Source of the DNA: Sarea resinae
Lineage: Eukaryota
DNA: 64,000 nucleotides
NCBI GenBank assembly: GCA_026026165.1
Contig: JAPEUD010000005.1
Location: forward strand, 372,001-436,000
Direction: 5' to 3'
In this document: positions 1 through 12,999 of the stretch, piece after piece
How positions within the stretch are numbered: the first letter of the stretch is position 1
How the letters are laid out: each line of letters opens with the position of its first letter
The notes under the pieces: generated by a model
What the model was told of the DNA's origin: nothing
Database searches by the model: none
What the model saw: the letters and a program-made list of their open reading frames with translations, nothing else
Made by a program: the position numbers and the translations under genes

Positions 1-1038
1 TCCTATCGCAGCATCCAGGCACCTCCCGAAGAGACGCTCGTGCTGTTGTTTTACGATCCAGACGCCGAACACGTCGCGCTTTGCAAACAACGTCCACAGC
101 CGCGTCTTACAGAAATTCCCCTTTTTGATCGAAATGTTCTACTGGGTTATCAACTATCTCTTCTATCGTATGACCATGGTCTTGTCGCAGAAGATCTTCT
201 CCGCTCGCATTTGGGACGTGGCCATCGAGCACGGCGTCGCGGTTCTCCGCTTCGAGCATGAAAGCTGGCTCAGCTTTCTCTTCGCCCTGAAGGAGGTTGA
301 CGTCCAGCAGTGGTTCATGCACGGCCATCAAGACGGTCTTACCATGTTAAACCGAGCATACGCCCTCATCCATATACCAGGGACGGTCGGGTGAGTCCTC
401 TATCTTCAACCCTCAAAAGAAGATCAAATCGCTAACGCTTCCCCTCTCTCCCCAGCTTCATAGCATGGTACTACTACATCGCGCCATCCCACCCCACCTT
501 CGCGACGGTCCGGCGCACCATGACGCTAACCAACTTCCTGGCCTTTGCAACCTTCGTCTTCTACCCGTGCATGCCGCCGCGGCTGCTGCCGCCGGAGTAC
601 GGCTTTGTCGACTCGGTGCGCCATGCCAACGCGCAATCGATCTGGATGTCAGGCAAGTACGTCAACTCGCTCGCGGCGATGCCGTCGATGCACTTTGGCT
701 ACGCCTTCTGCATCGGCAGCACGATGCTATACCATTCGGGCATCTTCCGGCGCACGCTCGAGCGCGGCGAGACGCGCAAGTCCTGGCCATGGAAAATCGC
801 TTATCTGACACTCGGCCTCGGTTATCCGCTGCTGGTGCTCACGGCCATTGTCGCCACTGCCAACCATTACTGGATGGATCCCCTCATGGCCACCATCTTG
901 GCCTGCGTGGCTTATTACTTCAATCGCGTCTGGGTTATGCTACTGCCGTTGGAAGACATGCTCTTCTGGGCCCTGCGGATGGAGAAGCCCATCCCGTCGA
1001 CGGGCGAGAGGTTCCGCGAGAGGGGCGGCAGTCTGTGA
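1..1038 (+). CDS. PAP2-superfamily (Aur1/Ipt1-like, PAP2_3) integral membrane protein, 5'-truncated by the window edge
   Basis: Frame open from position 2. Exons <1-390 and 456-1038; intron 391-455 (GTGAGT..GCTAAC..CAG) joins the 125 and 520 ORFs in frame. Motifs CMPPRL, AAMPSMH, ATANHYWMD and hydrophobic helices fit IPC-synthase-like PAP2 proteins. Confidence 0.8.
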
Positions 1039-1665
1039 GCGTTTTGTATTCGGATGTGTTGGACGGGATGGGCGCGAGGTTCCCAGGGGGCAATCCCGGA
1101 GCCCGAGGCTCGATCTAAATACGCACGGGTTCAATCGAATAGAATACCATTATTGTCATGGATGTGAGGCAAACGAAGGCGCGCATTACTCGCTCATCGG
1201 CACGCATGCGCGGATATATCGCATGCAGCAGCAGCTGAAGTTATCAGCTTTTCTCCCTGCCGGCGATCTTCTCATTTTTTCTTCTCTCCTTTTTTATACC
1301 TCGTTCTTTTGCATCTTGGATCGGCACACCCAACCCTACTCTCGGTCCACAAAAAACGTCATCATCTTCACCATCATCAAGAATACTATCATCATTATCA
1401 TTCCCGTGGCCAGCACCATGGTTACCTCCCCCCAAATAAGGGAGGGGGGTTATCGACATTAATGCATCCACAATCTAAAATCGGCGTGCAAGCCGGCGGC
1501 GTGTGGTGCGTGTGTATATCACCGTACAGTACAGCAAGGGCACGGACTAGAAAGGTGGGAATGAAGGGAAAAGAGAGGGGAAGAGAGAGGAAGAGCGGGA
1601 TGAAGAATTAAAGGAAGGGCAATGTGGTAGGGGTAGGGGTAAGACGGGGGGGAGGAGAGTTATGT

Positions 1666-1668
<3 letters not shown>

Positions 1669-1718
<50 letters not shown>
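1669..1718. repeat. (CT)25 microsatellite
   Basis: Perfect dinucleotide run read directly. Confidence 0.95.
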
Positions 1719-1720
<2 letters not shown>

Positions 1721-2184
1721 GACGATAAGAATAAAATAAAAATAAAACAAGACGCCGGCATGTCTCATTGTCTACGTGCAATATACAAACATACCTTAGC
1801 TACCTACCTACCTATTGTAGATAACTTGTGTACCTTATTGAGGCAAAGATTTACTAGCACGCTCCTCATCTCGTAATCTTATACTTCATAGAGGGTTAAT
1901 CACTGCGAAAGACAGTCAGTCAGACAGCTCGATAGACAGATAGAAAGACGAGCGGCCACGGTAGACATAGAGAGCCAAGAGTGCTTAATAGACCTTACGG
2001 GTGCCCGTGCACGCAATCGATGCTGTTGCCATCGTCGTGATCTTTTCATTGTTTTCCTGCCCCACCACGACTCCGCTACTACGTACTTCTCAACCTGCAG
2101 GAACAACTCAGAACACAGTCGCATTCTTCCTCTCTCCAGCCTCATCTCCCGAGCCTGATATCATATACTCCCGCCAGAGACACA

Positions 2185-3517
2185 ATGTCAAGGCTCTTCA
2201 CCTTGGAAGGCAAAAGCCTGAGGCTCGACACCGCCGCAGACATCGAACAGCACATCAAACCCCTTCGCGACAACGACACCGTGGAGGAAGTGCGCCTGGG
2301 AGGCAATACGCTAGGAACAGAAGCCTGCAAAGCGCTGGCCGAAGTGCTGCAAACCAAAAAGACCCTCCAGGTGAGCCCGGCTTCCTCTTCAGTTCCGCAC
2401 AGCCAGGCCCGTCTGCTAACAGTGACAACCCGACCCCTAGATCGCCAATCTGGCCGACATATTCACATCCCGTCTGCTTTCCGAGATCCCCCCAGCCCTT
2501 GATTACCTCCTCACAGCTCTCCTGACACTCCCTGACCTCCACACTGTCGATCTGTCGGACAACGCTTTCGGTCTGAACACGCAAGCGCCCCTCGTTGCCT
2601 TCCTATCCGCCCATACCCCGCTCCGCCACCTGTACCTCAACAACAACGGCCTCGGCCCTAAAGCCGGCGTCCTCATCGCCGACGCCCTGACCTCGCTGGC
2701 GGAAAAGAAAGCTGCCGCCCGCGCCATCTCACCCGCGACCACAGTCCCCAACCTCGAAACCGTCATCTGTGGCCGCAACCGTCTGGAAAATGGCTCCATG
2801 GCTGCCTGGGCCAAGGCCTACGCTGCCCACTCCGGCGTCCAGAAGATCAAGATGGTCCAGAATGGCATTCGCCAGGAGGGCATCTCACACTTGCTGCGCG
2901 AGGGTCTACGCCACGCATCTGGCCTGCGGGTGCTCGATCTCCAGGACAACACGTTCACGATCATGGGCGCCAACGCGCTCGCCGACGTCCTCGCCGGCTG
3001 GCCCGATCTACGCGAGCTGGGTATCTCCGACTCATTCCTCACGGCGCGGGGCGGGCTCGTACTCGCGAAAGCGCTGAACGAGGGCAAGAATGCGAAGCTT
3101 GAGGTCTTGAGGCTACAATTCAACGATCTCGATATCAAGGGTGTGACGGCGCTGAAGGATGTCGCCAGGGATGCGCTGCCCGCCCTACGCCGTATCGAGC
3201 TGAACGGAAACAAGTTCAGCGAGGAGGATGCCAGCGTCGAGACGCTCAGAGAATTACTGGACGAGCGACGAGAGAAGGCTGGTGCGGAAGAGGGCGAGGG
3301 CGAAGATGCGTGGGGTCTAGACTCGCTGAGCGACCTTGAGGACGAGAGTGACGAGGAAGAGGAAGAGGAAGAAGACGAAGACCAAGAGGACGAGGATGAA
3401 GAGCCAGCGGACAAAGTAGTCAAGGGGGCCGAGGAGGCCGAGGAGGAAAACGTGGCTGAGGAGAAGGATAAGGGCGTTGATGAACTGGCCGATAAATTGG
3501 GCAAGACCGGGTTATGA
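2185..3517 (+). CDS. rna1: Ran GTPase-activating protein (RanGAP)
   Basis: Exons 2185-2370 and 2441-3517. LRR protein with LGGNTLG, LADIFTSRL, LSDNAFG, CGRNRLENG, QNGIRQEG, LDLQDNTF motifs and a very acidic tail. Confidence 0.95.
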
Positions 3518-3805
3518 TTGCTCAGTCGTCTACCTCAAACCACCTCCAGCCAGCCACCAGAAACCAGCCAACCAGTCAGGCAGGCAGACAGTCCAGTCAG
3601 ATAGGCAGACAGTCCACGCCCTCCTCTGATTCCCTGCCTCTTTTCCCAGCCGGTCTCCAATATATTCTTCCCCTTTCCCTCCCCACTACCTCTCTAATTC
3701 CCTCTTCCACCCCCGCCATCCCCTCCCCTCTCCCTGAATGAATCACAGACACCAGCACCAGCTACGACCACCTCTCGGCCTAGCTTTAGGATACTAGAAT
3801 ACCTT

Positions 3806-4738
3806 AGAACAGAACAGAACAGAACAGAACAGATAGACAGCGCCCTGACTTTTCCTCCTTCCCTTTCCGTCTTTCTTTCCTCCGACCTCGCACCGTGCAC
3901 GGGATCTCTATGATGATTAATTGATTGATCGATCGATCCATCGACGGACTGGTTACAACATGATCCGAGATTTTCCTTGTTAGCACTGGCGGCACGTCAT
4001 TAATCTACTATTTCATGCCCTCACTCCTCTGCTTGCCTGCTTGCTTGCCTGCTTGCCTATTCGACAGTCTCACTTCCTATCACTCCCCCCTGCCCCCTGC
4101 CCCCTGCCTCTGTCTCTGTCTCTGTCTCTGTCTCTGTAGCCCCATATCCGAATCCACATCCACGGTTTCGGCGATCACGAATCGAGTAAGTAAGATTACA
4201 GAGTCTAGACACGGATCTGGGGGGGTTTTGTTTTGTTTTTCTTGTTTTTTTGGTGGGGGAGTGCAAGATTGGAAAAAAGTGGAAGAGCTCGTGGTGTCTG
4301 CTTTTGCTTTTGCTTTTGCTTTTGCTTTTGCTTGAGTTGCATGATGGATTGCCTGGATGGGCTTGTTGCTGCATATGCACGCTGCTGTCCCATCTATGTT
4401 CTAGGGAGAGGGGAATTGAGGTGGCTGGGTTTTTTTTCTTGGGGGGTGGGATGAGTGTTCTTTTTTTCTGTTTGCTTTTTGGATATTGGGATGGATATTG
4501 GGATGGATGTTGGGATGGATGTCGGGATGGAATAAATGCTATGCCTGCTCGCGCGCGTGCACACACACACATCTATATACATATGAATGCTTATCGAGTC
4601 CAGTCACAACCGAGTTGAGTTGAATGCATGCATGCGAGAAAGTGAGTGGAAGAGAGACGCTCGAGCAAGTGAGAAATAGAGTAGACAGAGCAACGTGATG
4701 AAATGTGTGAGAGAGAGAGAGAGAGAGGGAGAGAGAGG
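3806..4738. repeat. Cluster of simple repeats between the convergent rna1 and nus1 3' ends
   Basis: (AGAAC)n ~3806-3830, (TCTCTG)n ~4109-4137, (CTTTTG)n ~4301-4332, GGATATTGGGAT-like units ~4481-4530, (GA)n ~4708-4738. Confidence 0.85.
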
Positions 4739-4800
4739 AAGGAGAACAAGAAAGGGGAGGAGGGGGGTGGGTGGATGGATGGCAAGAAAATGCAGAGAGG

Positions 4801-6136
4801 TCACCGGCCTAGTTTCATCTCGACCTTGGAGTAGCGGTGGAGGGCGCGAAGGAAGACTTGGTATTCGACGCCTTGGTTGTCTTGCGCGTGACTGTGTGTT
4901 TGCGGATTGTTAGCTATTGGATCATATGGAGAAACGGCTCTTCTGGAAGAGAGCTCCCTTGAACCTATTGATCTCTTGTCTCCGGGTGGGAGAACGCAAA
5001 AAGGGAGGAAACGACTGACAAGATCTCAGACAACCGTATCTGCCACGGCGGATAGCCCTGCAGTCTCACGTACGGCGCAAACAATAATAGTAGATCTGGT
5101 TCGCCCATCACGCTCTCGCTTATCTCCGCGTCTACGAGCTCAACGCTGATGTCTGAGGCCGAGAGTTTACGCCGTTGCGCCATCTCGGCGAGGGTTTTGG
5201 TTAGGTCGACTAAGGTTGAACGGCCGTCTTCAGAGGAGAGGAGCAGGATGGATAGATGTCCTGTTAGATATTATTTGTATCAGTGTACCGTTGGGTTTGT
5301 TTGGTGGAGAAGGAGTGTTTTGGAGAGAAGACAGAACAGCAGAGATCTTGGGCGAGAGATGATTTGGGTTTGTTTACCTCGAGAACCAGTTGGTGATGGT
5401 GAGGGTTGCTCGAAATTATCGCCATTGAGGAAGGCGGCCATGTGGGGAGCGCGGATCTGAAGAGAGGGACGACCGCGGCCGAAGTAGGCGTGGAATTTCT
5501 GTGACACGGCCGTGTGTGTCGAGGGAATGTAATCTTTCAGAATGCCTATATTCCATCCATTAGTCATACATGTCTCCTTCGTGTTCCTTATATCTTTTTC
5601 TCTCTCGCTCTCGCATTGCATTGCGCTGCACCCGCCGTACCTGTTTTCTCGTAGACGCTCAACACAGGAATCCCAGCGCAGGCACACCAAGCTGCCACCT
5701 CGGACAACTCATCAATCAGACCCTCTAGCCCAGCACCACCCTTCTCCTCCTCCTTGTAGTCCAGAATCACGCTCAGGTGCTCGGGTAACTTGCTTAAGCC
5801 TGCTACATCATTCTTGATCAGCTCAGGCGTGCGGTGATGGTAGTAGAGGATGGCAAAGACGCGGTTAACGATGGCGTGGTAGGCCTGACGCAGACGGATG
5901 TAGGCCGAGAAGACCGTGTGCAGGATCGTAAAGAGGAGGATGTGTAGTTGGGTTTCGAGAAACTGGCGGATCGATGGCCGTCGTCCTGGCCGTTTCTTCG
6001 CTGCTGCTGACTTGGACTTCGGCAGCGACCGTGGCAGGTACGGCTCTAGGAGCTTCTCGCGGGCTTTGGGAGTAAGATTCGGGCCGTCCTGACTCCCATC
6101 ACGGCGGTAGATCTCAGTTTCCCGCACTGCTATCAT
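4801..6136 (-). CDS. nus1: Nus1/Nogo-B receptor, dehydrodolichyl diphosphate synthase complex subunit
   Basis: Exons 6136-5641, 5545-5378, 5260-5020, 4891-4801 splice in frame. KLPEHLSVIL, WCACAGIPVLSVYEKTGILK, LLSSEDGR, EPDLLLLF, LQGYPPWQIRLSEIF, C-terminal MKLGR. Confidence 0.93.
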
Positions 6137-6612
6137 GGAGGCTTTGAGGGTGGGGGGGGTTGGCTTCTTGGAGCGAGAAGTGAGCGTCGGGTCGCCGGTC
6201 AGACAGACGACGATGATGAGAGGGAAGGAGAGGAGAGAGAGAGAGAGAGAGAGGATTATTCTGTATTCATGCTGGCCGCGGTATGCTGGGATGAGAATGG
6301 TAGACGAGTTTCAGAAATTGAGAGGATTACGTGGATGAATTGTTGTTGTGTTCGTTTCCATCCACGAGTACCGTCGACCATGTCTACCCCAGATTCTTGA
6401 GATGCGGCCGTCTACTACGTATGGTGATCATCATCATCATCATCGAACAACCCTCAACTCTCCACCAAACAATACAGAGGCCATCTTCGACGATCTACTC
6501 ATCTCCCTCGTTTCTGACCAAGTGGGCGACATCGCAGGTTGCATCCCTTACGGCGCTCTCATCCCTTCCACGAGCTCCACATGCAGCGCGGTAACCGTTC
6601 CGCAGCGCAAGC

Positions 6613-9600
6613 ATGCCTGGAGCCGACACGGCGTCGCTGATATCCCAGCAGACTTCAACCTCTGGCAGGCCTCTTTTCCCCAAAGGGCCGACCTTTTCCT
6701 TGGAGAACTTCTCTGTGCGTTCTACTAATCACCCTCCACCTGCTCATCGTTGTTCCGCCTCTGACCATACTTCGAGTAGAGCAAGGACTTTATAGTCAAG
6801 GACTTTGTTGAGTCTTTATCTGACAGTGGGGTGCCTGCGCACCGCCGCTCCAACTCACACACCCAAGGTAAGATCTCGAATCCCGTCGTGAGCGCTGGCT
6901 TTTCCTACTCACGCAAGCCCATAGCATTCGACCCTAAACCCCTCATTCGCACCTTTGAGCATGCGCTATCGCGGCTCGCAACGCTATCAGAAGACCTCGA
7001 AATCCACGAAAATGAACTATCCGGATCCGTACGACGCGCCGAGGCCCAGCACAACCAGAACATAGAGCATCTAGGCAAGAAACTCGACCAGACGATCGAA
7101 GCATTTCGTGACATTGACTCGTCTCTGAATGGAGGGCTTAGGGATCCCGACAGTCCTGACTCTGGCGGGATCTTGGCCGTCAAGATCGGTGAGAGGCTAG
7201 AGGAGCTGGACCGGCAGAGGCAGAGGGCGCAAGATGCCAAATTTCTGATACAGTGCTGGATGGAAGTTAGCGAGAGGGGGGACCTCTCTCTATTAGAGGA
7301 CGTGCGGCGGTCAGGAGGCGGGGAGGGAAAGGTCCGATGTGCGCATATTGCGAGACAATTGATGCGTATCAGCCAGCGACTGGACCCAGAAAGCTGGGGC
7401 CAGAAGAATAGCAACAACGGGGTCAACGGCGCCAATGGTCATAATGCAAACGCTCGCCGATACAATAGTCGAGAGCTCATAGAGCAGTTCTTGGAGACCC
7501 TGGAAAAGGATTTGCTGAAGCAATTCGATGACTTTTACAGAAGACAGAATTTGGATGGCATGAGGGTAGGTCCACTGTGATCCCGTGCTTAACGTGCCAG
7601 CTCCTGACATATGATAGGACTGCGCCAATGCGCTACATGATTTCCATGGTGGCGCCAGCGTCATTGGGCTATTTGTCAACCAGCATCAATTCTTCATTGA
7701 TAGGAGCCAGCTTATCACTGAAGAGATCAATGTTGATGGCGAAACGTATGCTTCTACTGTATACTTACCTTGTTCGTGTCGCTGATACCATGGTAGCTGG
7801 GAGCGATTAGCAGATCCAGATGCAGAACCACAAGGAGTAGAGCCAAATCTTCAGTCACTCGTGGATGAGGTCAGGGTCGTCGCTCAGGATGAATCATTTA
7901 TCATCAAGCGAGCCTTTCCATACTATGATCAAGTGCTTCAAAGGTTCTTGCAGAGAGTCTTTCAGCAATCCGTAATGAACCCTCAAATCAAGCCTAATGG
8001 GAGAAGAGCTGACACAATGTTTAGATACAACAGCGATTAGAGACGGTCCTAGAGAAAGCCAACACCATATCCTTACTAGCCTTCCTACGATCTCTACAAA
8101 CTGCTAGAAGCTATCTCAGCGCACTAGTGGAGGATTTGAAAGCGCATGGACTAACAGAGCATCCCGAACCAATCTCCGCTCAGACGAGTACCATCCTTGA
8201 CCAGCAGCTCGACGATCTTTTCGTGCCGTACTTTGTTGGTTCTTCGTATATCGAACGGGAGAAGAAGAGTCTCGAGGAATTATACTCGTCCCTGCTCTTC
8301 AAGTTTACCATCTATCACGTTCGTCAAAGCCTCGTAGTAATCAAGGCTTGAAGATTACTGACATAGCAATCTAGTCACGTCGCCGAAAAATCCCAACGAC
8401 TTTCATGGCCTCTTTGGCCAAGTCCGGAAGTGAGCTCCTTGCTTCGGCAAGAGACGCGTATATTGATCGTCTTGATTCTTCTGACCTTTCTGGAGCCCAA
8501 AAGTCGATGCTCTCGCGAATTGCAGGATTGAAGGAGGCGGACAACGCAAAGAACAAAAACGAGATCGAAGTTACCGAGCAAGATGGTGTACTCAGTGTCT
8601 TCAACGCCAAAAGGATGTTGAAATGGCTGGCAGAGGCCGTGGGCCGGGGACTGGAGCTAAGCGGCGGTAGTGAGACGCCCAAGGACGTCGCAGCCTTGCT
8701 GAATCTTCTCCTGGCCAATATGGGTGAAATCTATGTCGAGACGGCTCTTGACGCGTACGTCTTCAGTCCTCGTTCCGTCCATTTTATATGCTGATCATGA
8801 TGCTGATTATTTTGTCTTACAGCACAAATGACTTCGCCGCCTCCCAAGAAGCCTCCAAGACGGAACCCGACATCTCTTACCTCCCCAACCTGCGCCCCGC
8901 TGTCAGCATCATGCATCTGATGATCGCATGCATCAATACCGTACTGATCCCGCTCACGGGCTCGAACCTGACCGTCCGCAGAGAAGTGGAAAAGACGGCC
9001 AACCTAGCCGTCAACCGCATGGAGGAGAAGGTCAACAGTATCATGCAGCGCACCATCGATGTCGCCCTTGGCTGGATCAGCCGTCTCCTCACGAACCAGA
9101 AGAAGAGCGATTTCAGGCCCAAGGACCTCGCATCTGAAGGCGGCGGCGCCTGGCTCGAGATGTTGCAAACACCGGTACGTACAGATTCGCCTATCCCCTT
9201 TTTTTCCTATCTCCCCCTTTTCCCCCCCCTTTCAAAAGCCCCATCCAAACTGACGACTCTTCCGCGCCCATCTCATCCAGACCTGCCATTCGATCCTCAC
9301 CTTCCTCCGCAAATTCCACGAGGTCTCGGTCGCCGCGCTCGACGGCCCGAACCTGAGCTCCTTCCTGACCGAGCTCGCCATCGGCATCCGCGCCCTCCTG
9401 CTCGACCACTTCCGCAAGTTCCAAGTCAACGCCACCGGCGGCCTCATGGTCACCAAGGACATCACGCAGTACCTGGAACTGCTCCGCACGTGGCCGTTGG
9501 CGCCCGGCTTCCTCCCGCATCTGGAGACCGTGGCCGAGATCGGCAATCTGTTCGTCATCGGGCCCGAGGCGCTGAGAGAGCGTGTCAGGGGTGCGGGTGG

Positions 9601-9763
9601 TGCGAGCACTGGTGGTGCTGCTGCTGGTGGAGGGGTGGGAGGTGCTGGCGCCAGTGCTGGCGGCGCTGCGGGTGCCGTCGCCGCTCTCGATATGCGTCCG
9701 TATATCCTCCGGCGCGAGGACGTGGCGAGTGTAGGCGTGCAGAGCGTCTTGGCTGCGCTGTGA
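6613..9763 (+). CDS. sec10: Exocyst complex component Sec10
   Basis: Eight exons: 6613-6714, 6780-7565, 7618-7745, 7797-7971, 8025-8318, 8375-8754, 8823-9174, 9281-9763. FDPKPLIRTFE, QKKSDFRPKD, KFQVNATGGLMVTKD, EIGNLFVIGPEAL, YILRRED match fungal Sec10. Confidence 0.92.
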
Positions 9764-10139
9764 ACCTCTCGATCCTGGATACGATCAATACCATTCCATT
9801 CCATTCCAATTCGTCTGCTTGTTTTTGTTTTTGTTTTTGTTTTCTACTACTATTCATCTCCTAGGGTACGGGCGGGCTTACGGCGTTCTTGCGCACTGCA
9901 CTGTTACCGCACTGCATTGCACGTATGCGAAAAGCGAGCAATGATGCTGAAGCAGAGTGTTCGGGTGATGTATGTATAAGATTATAGATAGATACTCTAG
10001 ACATGTTCATCTATACATTCGGTCATTCATACGTTCTATCCATATGTCCAGGTGCCCGTGTCTCCGTGTCTCCGTACATCCGTCCGTCCAACCATCCGCC
10101 AGCCTACCAGACTACTGATGTACCTACCTACCTAGCTAC

Positions 10140-11507
10140 CTAGCTACCCACCGGCTCCAGCTCGGCGGCCCGCGGCGCCACAGAGAACGACGACGAAGGT
10201 GAAGAAGGTGACGGGCCGGGCATGCGAATGACGACCGTGTCCTCGGCGTCGAGCCACACGGCGGCGGCGCCCTTGACGCGGCGCTGAGAGGCGAGGTACA
10301 GGAGGAGGTAGGCGTGCGGGGCTATTTCGCCCCAGGTGTAGAGTTTCAGTATCTCTAGCTCTTGCTTTTGGCCTTGGTCTTGTTCCTGGCCTGCTCTTTC
10401 GTCGCTTTCTTCCCCTACTTCTTCTCTTTCTCTCCCCCTCGCGCCGTCTTCTACCACAGGCCGGGCGTCTCGCTCCCATTGGCACCATACGCCCCACCCT
10501 GCGCGCCCGCTCCCGACGATGTCGGTCAGAAACGCCCAGCTCTTTGCTCTGAGGTCATTGTCCCATGCCGTGGTGTCCAGGCGCCAGTGGCCGCGCTCTA
10601 GGGGCCGTAGGGGCCGCGAGATGTGAGCTGGGTTGAAGCGGCTGGGCAAGGAGAGCTTGAGGGCCAGGAGAGATAGCGTGGGCGTGATGTGGGTTGTGTA
10701 TCCCGTTGTGGAGGTCGCTGGGGGTGGGGGATGAATCTCCAGGGGGAGAGATAGGTGAGGTGGTGGTAGTGGTGATTGTGGTCGGCGCTGTCTGGGTGAG
10801 GATGGTATTGCTGGGGATGGTATCGCTGAGGATGGTATTGATAGCGGAGCTGTTAGTCCTAGACTAGAAGCCCGAGAAGTCGAGGCAGGCTTGCGCTGAT
10901 GTTCGTCGGCTTCTTTAGCCGTACGCTCTACCGTTGCGGCCTTATATCTCTTTGCTGGCGATGGGCTTCGCGGTCCTTGAGACTCGGAGCCCTGCTCCAA
11001 GGAGGACTGCCGCGACCGTTTCTGTGTCGCGAAGGTGAGAAGCGGTGATTGCAGCAGCGAGGACCAAGGCTCTGACACCTGGCTGGCTTGCTCACGGTGC
11101 GCTTCTCGCTGCTCCTGACCGTGGTGAGGATGCAAGCCTGCTTCTGCCGCAGACTTCTGTGAGTCTGATACCACACTCGGAGGTGTCTTCCAGGAATTGC
11201 TGGTGGACTTTAGCTTGCGCGGTGTGGTATAAAGCCCCGGTCCCTGGCTCGGGGACAAGAAACCGGTATTGGCACTCATTGCCCCATTGCTCATCAAAGG
11301 GGCACTACCCTCATCATTCTTGCGTGCTGCTAAAGTCCGGCTTTCCTCTGTGCGCCGCGCCTGAAGCTCCACGGGGTGTACGACATCGGCTTCGAAATCC
11401 AGATATGCTGTCGACAGGGCATGGTATCGCCTATCATCTCTTGCCCCGCTTGGAGCGGCGACATGGACAAGTATTTCCATATCGTCTATGGTATTGCGAG
11501 TAGCCAT
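10140..11507 (-). CDS. Uncharacterised 455-aa protein (ordered termini, disordered S/P/Q-rich middle)
   Basis: Single long ORF with an N-terminal block EILVHVAAPSGARDDRRY and a Trp-rich C-terminal block (RPLRPLERGHW, GRAGWGVWC, KLYTWGE, LYLASQRRVKG). No function recognised. Confidence 0.8.
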   Translation of the reverse strand: MATRNTIDDMEILVHVAAPSGARDDRRYHALSTAYLDFEADVVHPVELQARRTEESRTLAARKNDEGSAPLMSNGAMSANTGFLSPSQGPGLYTTPRKLKSTSNSWKTPPSVVSDSQKSAAEAGLHPHHGQEQREAHREQASQVSEPWSSLLQSPLLTFATQKRSRQSSLEQGSESQGPRSPSPAKRYKAATVERTAKEADEHQRKPASTSRASSLGLTAPLSIPSSAIPSPAIPSSPRQRRPQSPLPPPHLSLPLEIHPPPPATSTTGYTTHITPTLSLLALKLSLPSRFNPAHISRPLRPLERGHWRLDTTAWDNDLRAKSWAFLTDIVGSGRAGWGVWCQWERDARPVVEDGARGREREEVGEESDERAGQEQDQGQKQELEILKLYTWGEIAPHAYLLLYLASQRRVKGAAAVWLDAEDTVVIRMPGPSPSSPSSSFSVAPRAAELEPVGS

Positions 11508-12004
11508 GATGGATGCTGTTAAGCATGATGTCGAGAGATTCAGCAGCGCAGCCGGAAGAGGAGTCCTTTTACGTGTAGGTAGGTGTAGTATTCACCGGTA
11601 CCAGTGATTTGGAGTGTGCGTTGTATATAGGTGAAGGTGAGGTGGCAGCAATTTGGCTTGTGTCAGTTCAAAGATATATATAGTGCCAGTGCGGTTGCTA
11701 TGTTATCTTGAGCAGTGGGAAGGATGAGGCACGCGGAGTGACTGAGTTGGAGCATTGATATGGATGGTGATAGCTCGCTTGTGTTTTGCGGAGTTTGCCG
11801 TATTGATTGTTTACTGATATCTTTTGTGTCTAACGTCATACTAGGCTCCCTTTCGCCATTTCAAGACTCCTAAAAGCGTCACCGTTTTGGTATTCCATAC
11901 GATGCTCGTGAGTCATACAGTATTGTCGTCTCTCAGATGAGTGTAGAAACTCGGGCAGCGACAAGAACAAAGACAAAAAGGCTGCCAAGTGATAATCTCG
12001 CCGT

Positions 12005-12999
12005 CTAGTCTGTTCCGTCTAAGTCGTCCCATCTCCTACCCCGAGCAAGATGACCTCGCAATGCTTCCAGCCGTTCGCCTTTTTCGATCCATCGAGCTTC
12101 AATCCACTGCGACAATTCGTCTTCGGCTATCGGAAGGTCTTCTATGGGATATCTGTCGACGTGCACATGAAAACGCCAGGAGCTGCCCAGGTCGGGTGAG
12201 GAAAGAGTCTGCCACATTGACGGCGCAACGAGGAAATCGTTGTGGTGAGCATAAGCAATGGTGAGATCGTACACGGCGCGCACGTGAGCTGCCTGGCGAA
12301 GTTGATTCACAGTGGTCACGAAGCCCTTGGTGCGAGGATAGAGTGTGTGCTTGGGCACGGGCTTGTCCTTGGCTTTACACCACGCAACAGTCTGGGCGTA
12401 TTTCTCTGGTGTGTAACGTGTTGCTTCACTGAATGAGATGAGCCCTAATGGCGGTGGTAGACAGTATCAGTGAGGCACGATATTCTGGATCAGTCCTGGC
12501 ACGTACAGATGGGCCATCTGTTCTCCGTGATGCCGCTGAATACTCTCTGGAACTCTCGCCGATCTCTGGTCCATTCTCTACTGACCATTGGCATACCCAT
12601 CGCCTTGAGCCCCCATCCTAGGAATGGGACCCACTTCAGTTGCTGCTTGGCAAACCACCGGCAGCGGCCTAGCATGTCGGCGCGAATGGCCAGGGCTTGA
12701 ACCATATAAAAGTCGGACCAGCCAACGTGGTTAGAGATGACGATGGCCGACTCGCCCTGTGGCGGCGGTGCCCCCGAGAAAGAGATATTGGCGCCGTTCA
12801 TGTCGGTGAAGATGGTCTGGATGCCCCACCACACCGAAGACGCCACCGCTGAAGACAGATTGTATGCGACATTGGGGAGGACAAAGGAGAGAGGGAAAAG
12901 CGTGATCAGGATCAGATCGGCGCCGTATAGATGTAGAACCCAAGGAGCGGTGATCAGTGCCCCACGTATATAGGTATACAGCACCCGCAGCGCGTCCAT
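12005..12999 (-). CDS. Lysophospholipid acyltransferase (PlsC/LCLAT1/Cst26-like)
   Basis: Exons 12999-12507 and 12444-12005. Catalytic NHVGWSD (NHx4D), FAKQQLKWVPFLGWG, FSEATR (variant of FPEGTR), LYPRTKGF, YDLTIAY. Confidence 0.88.
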
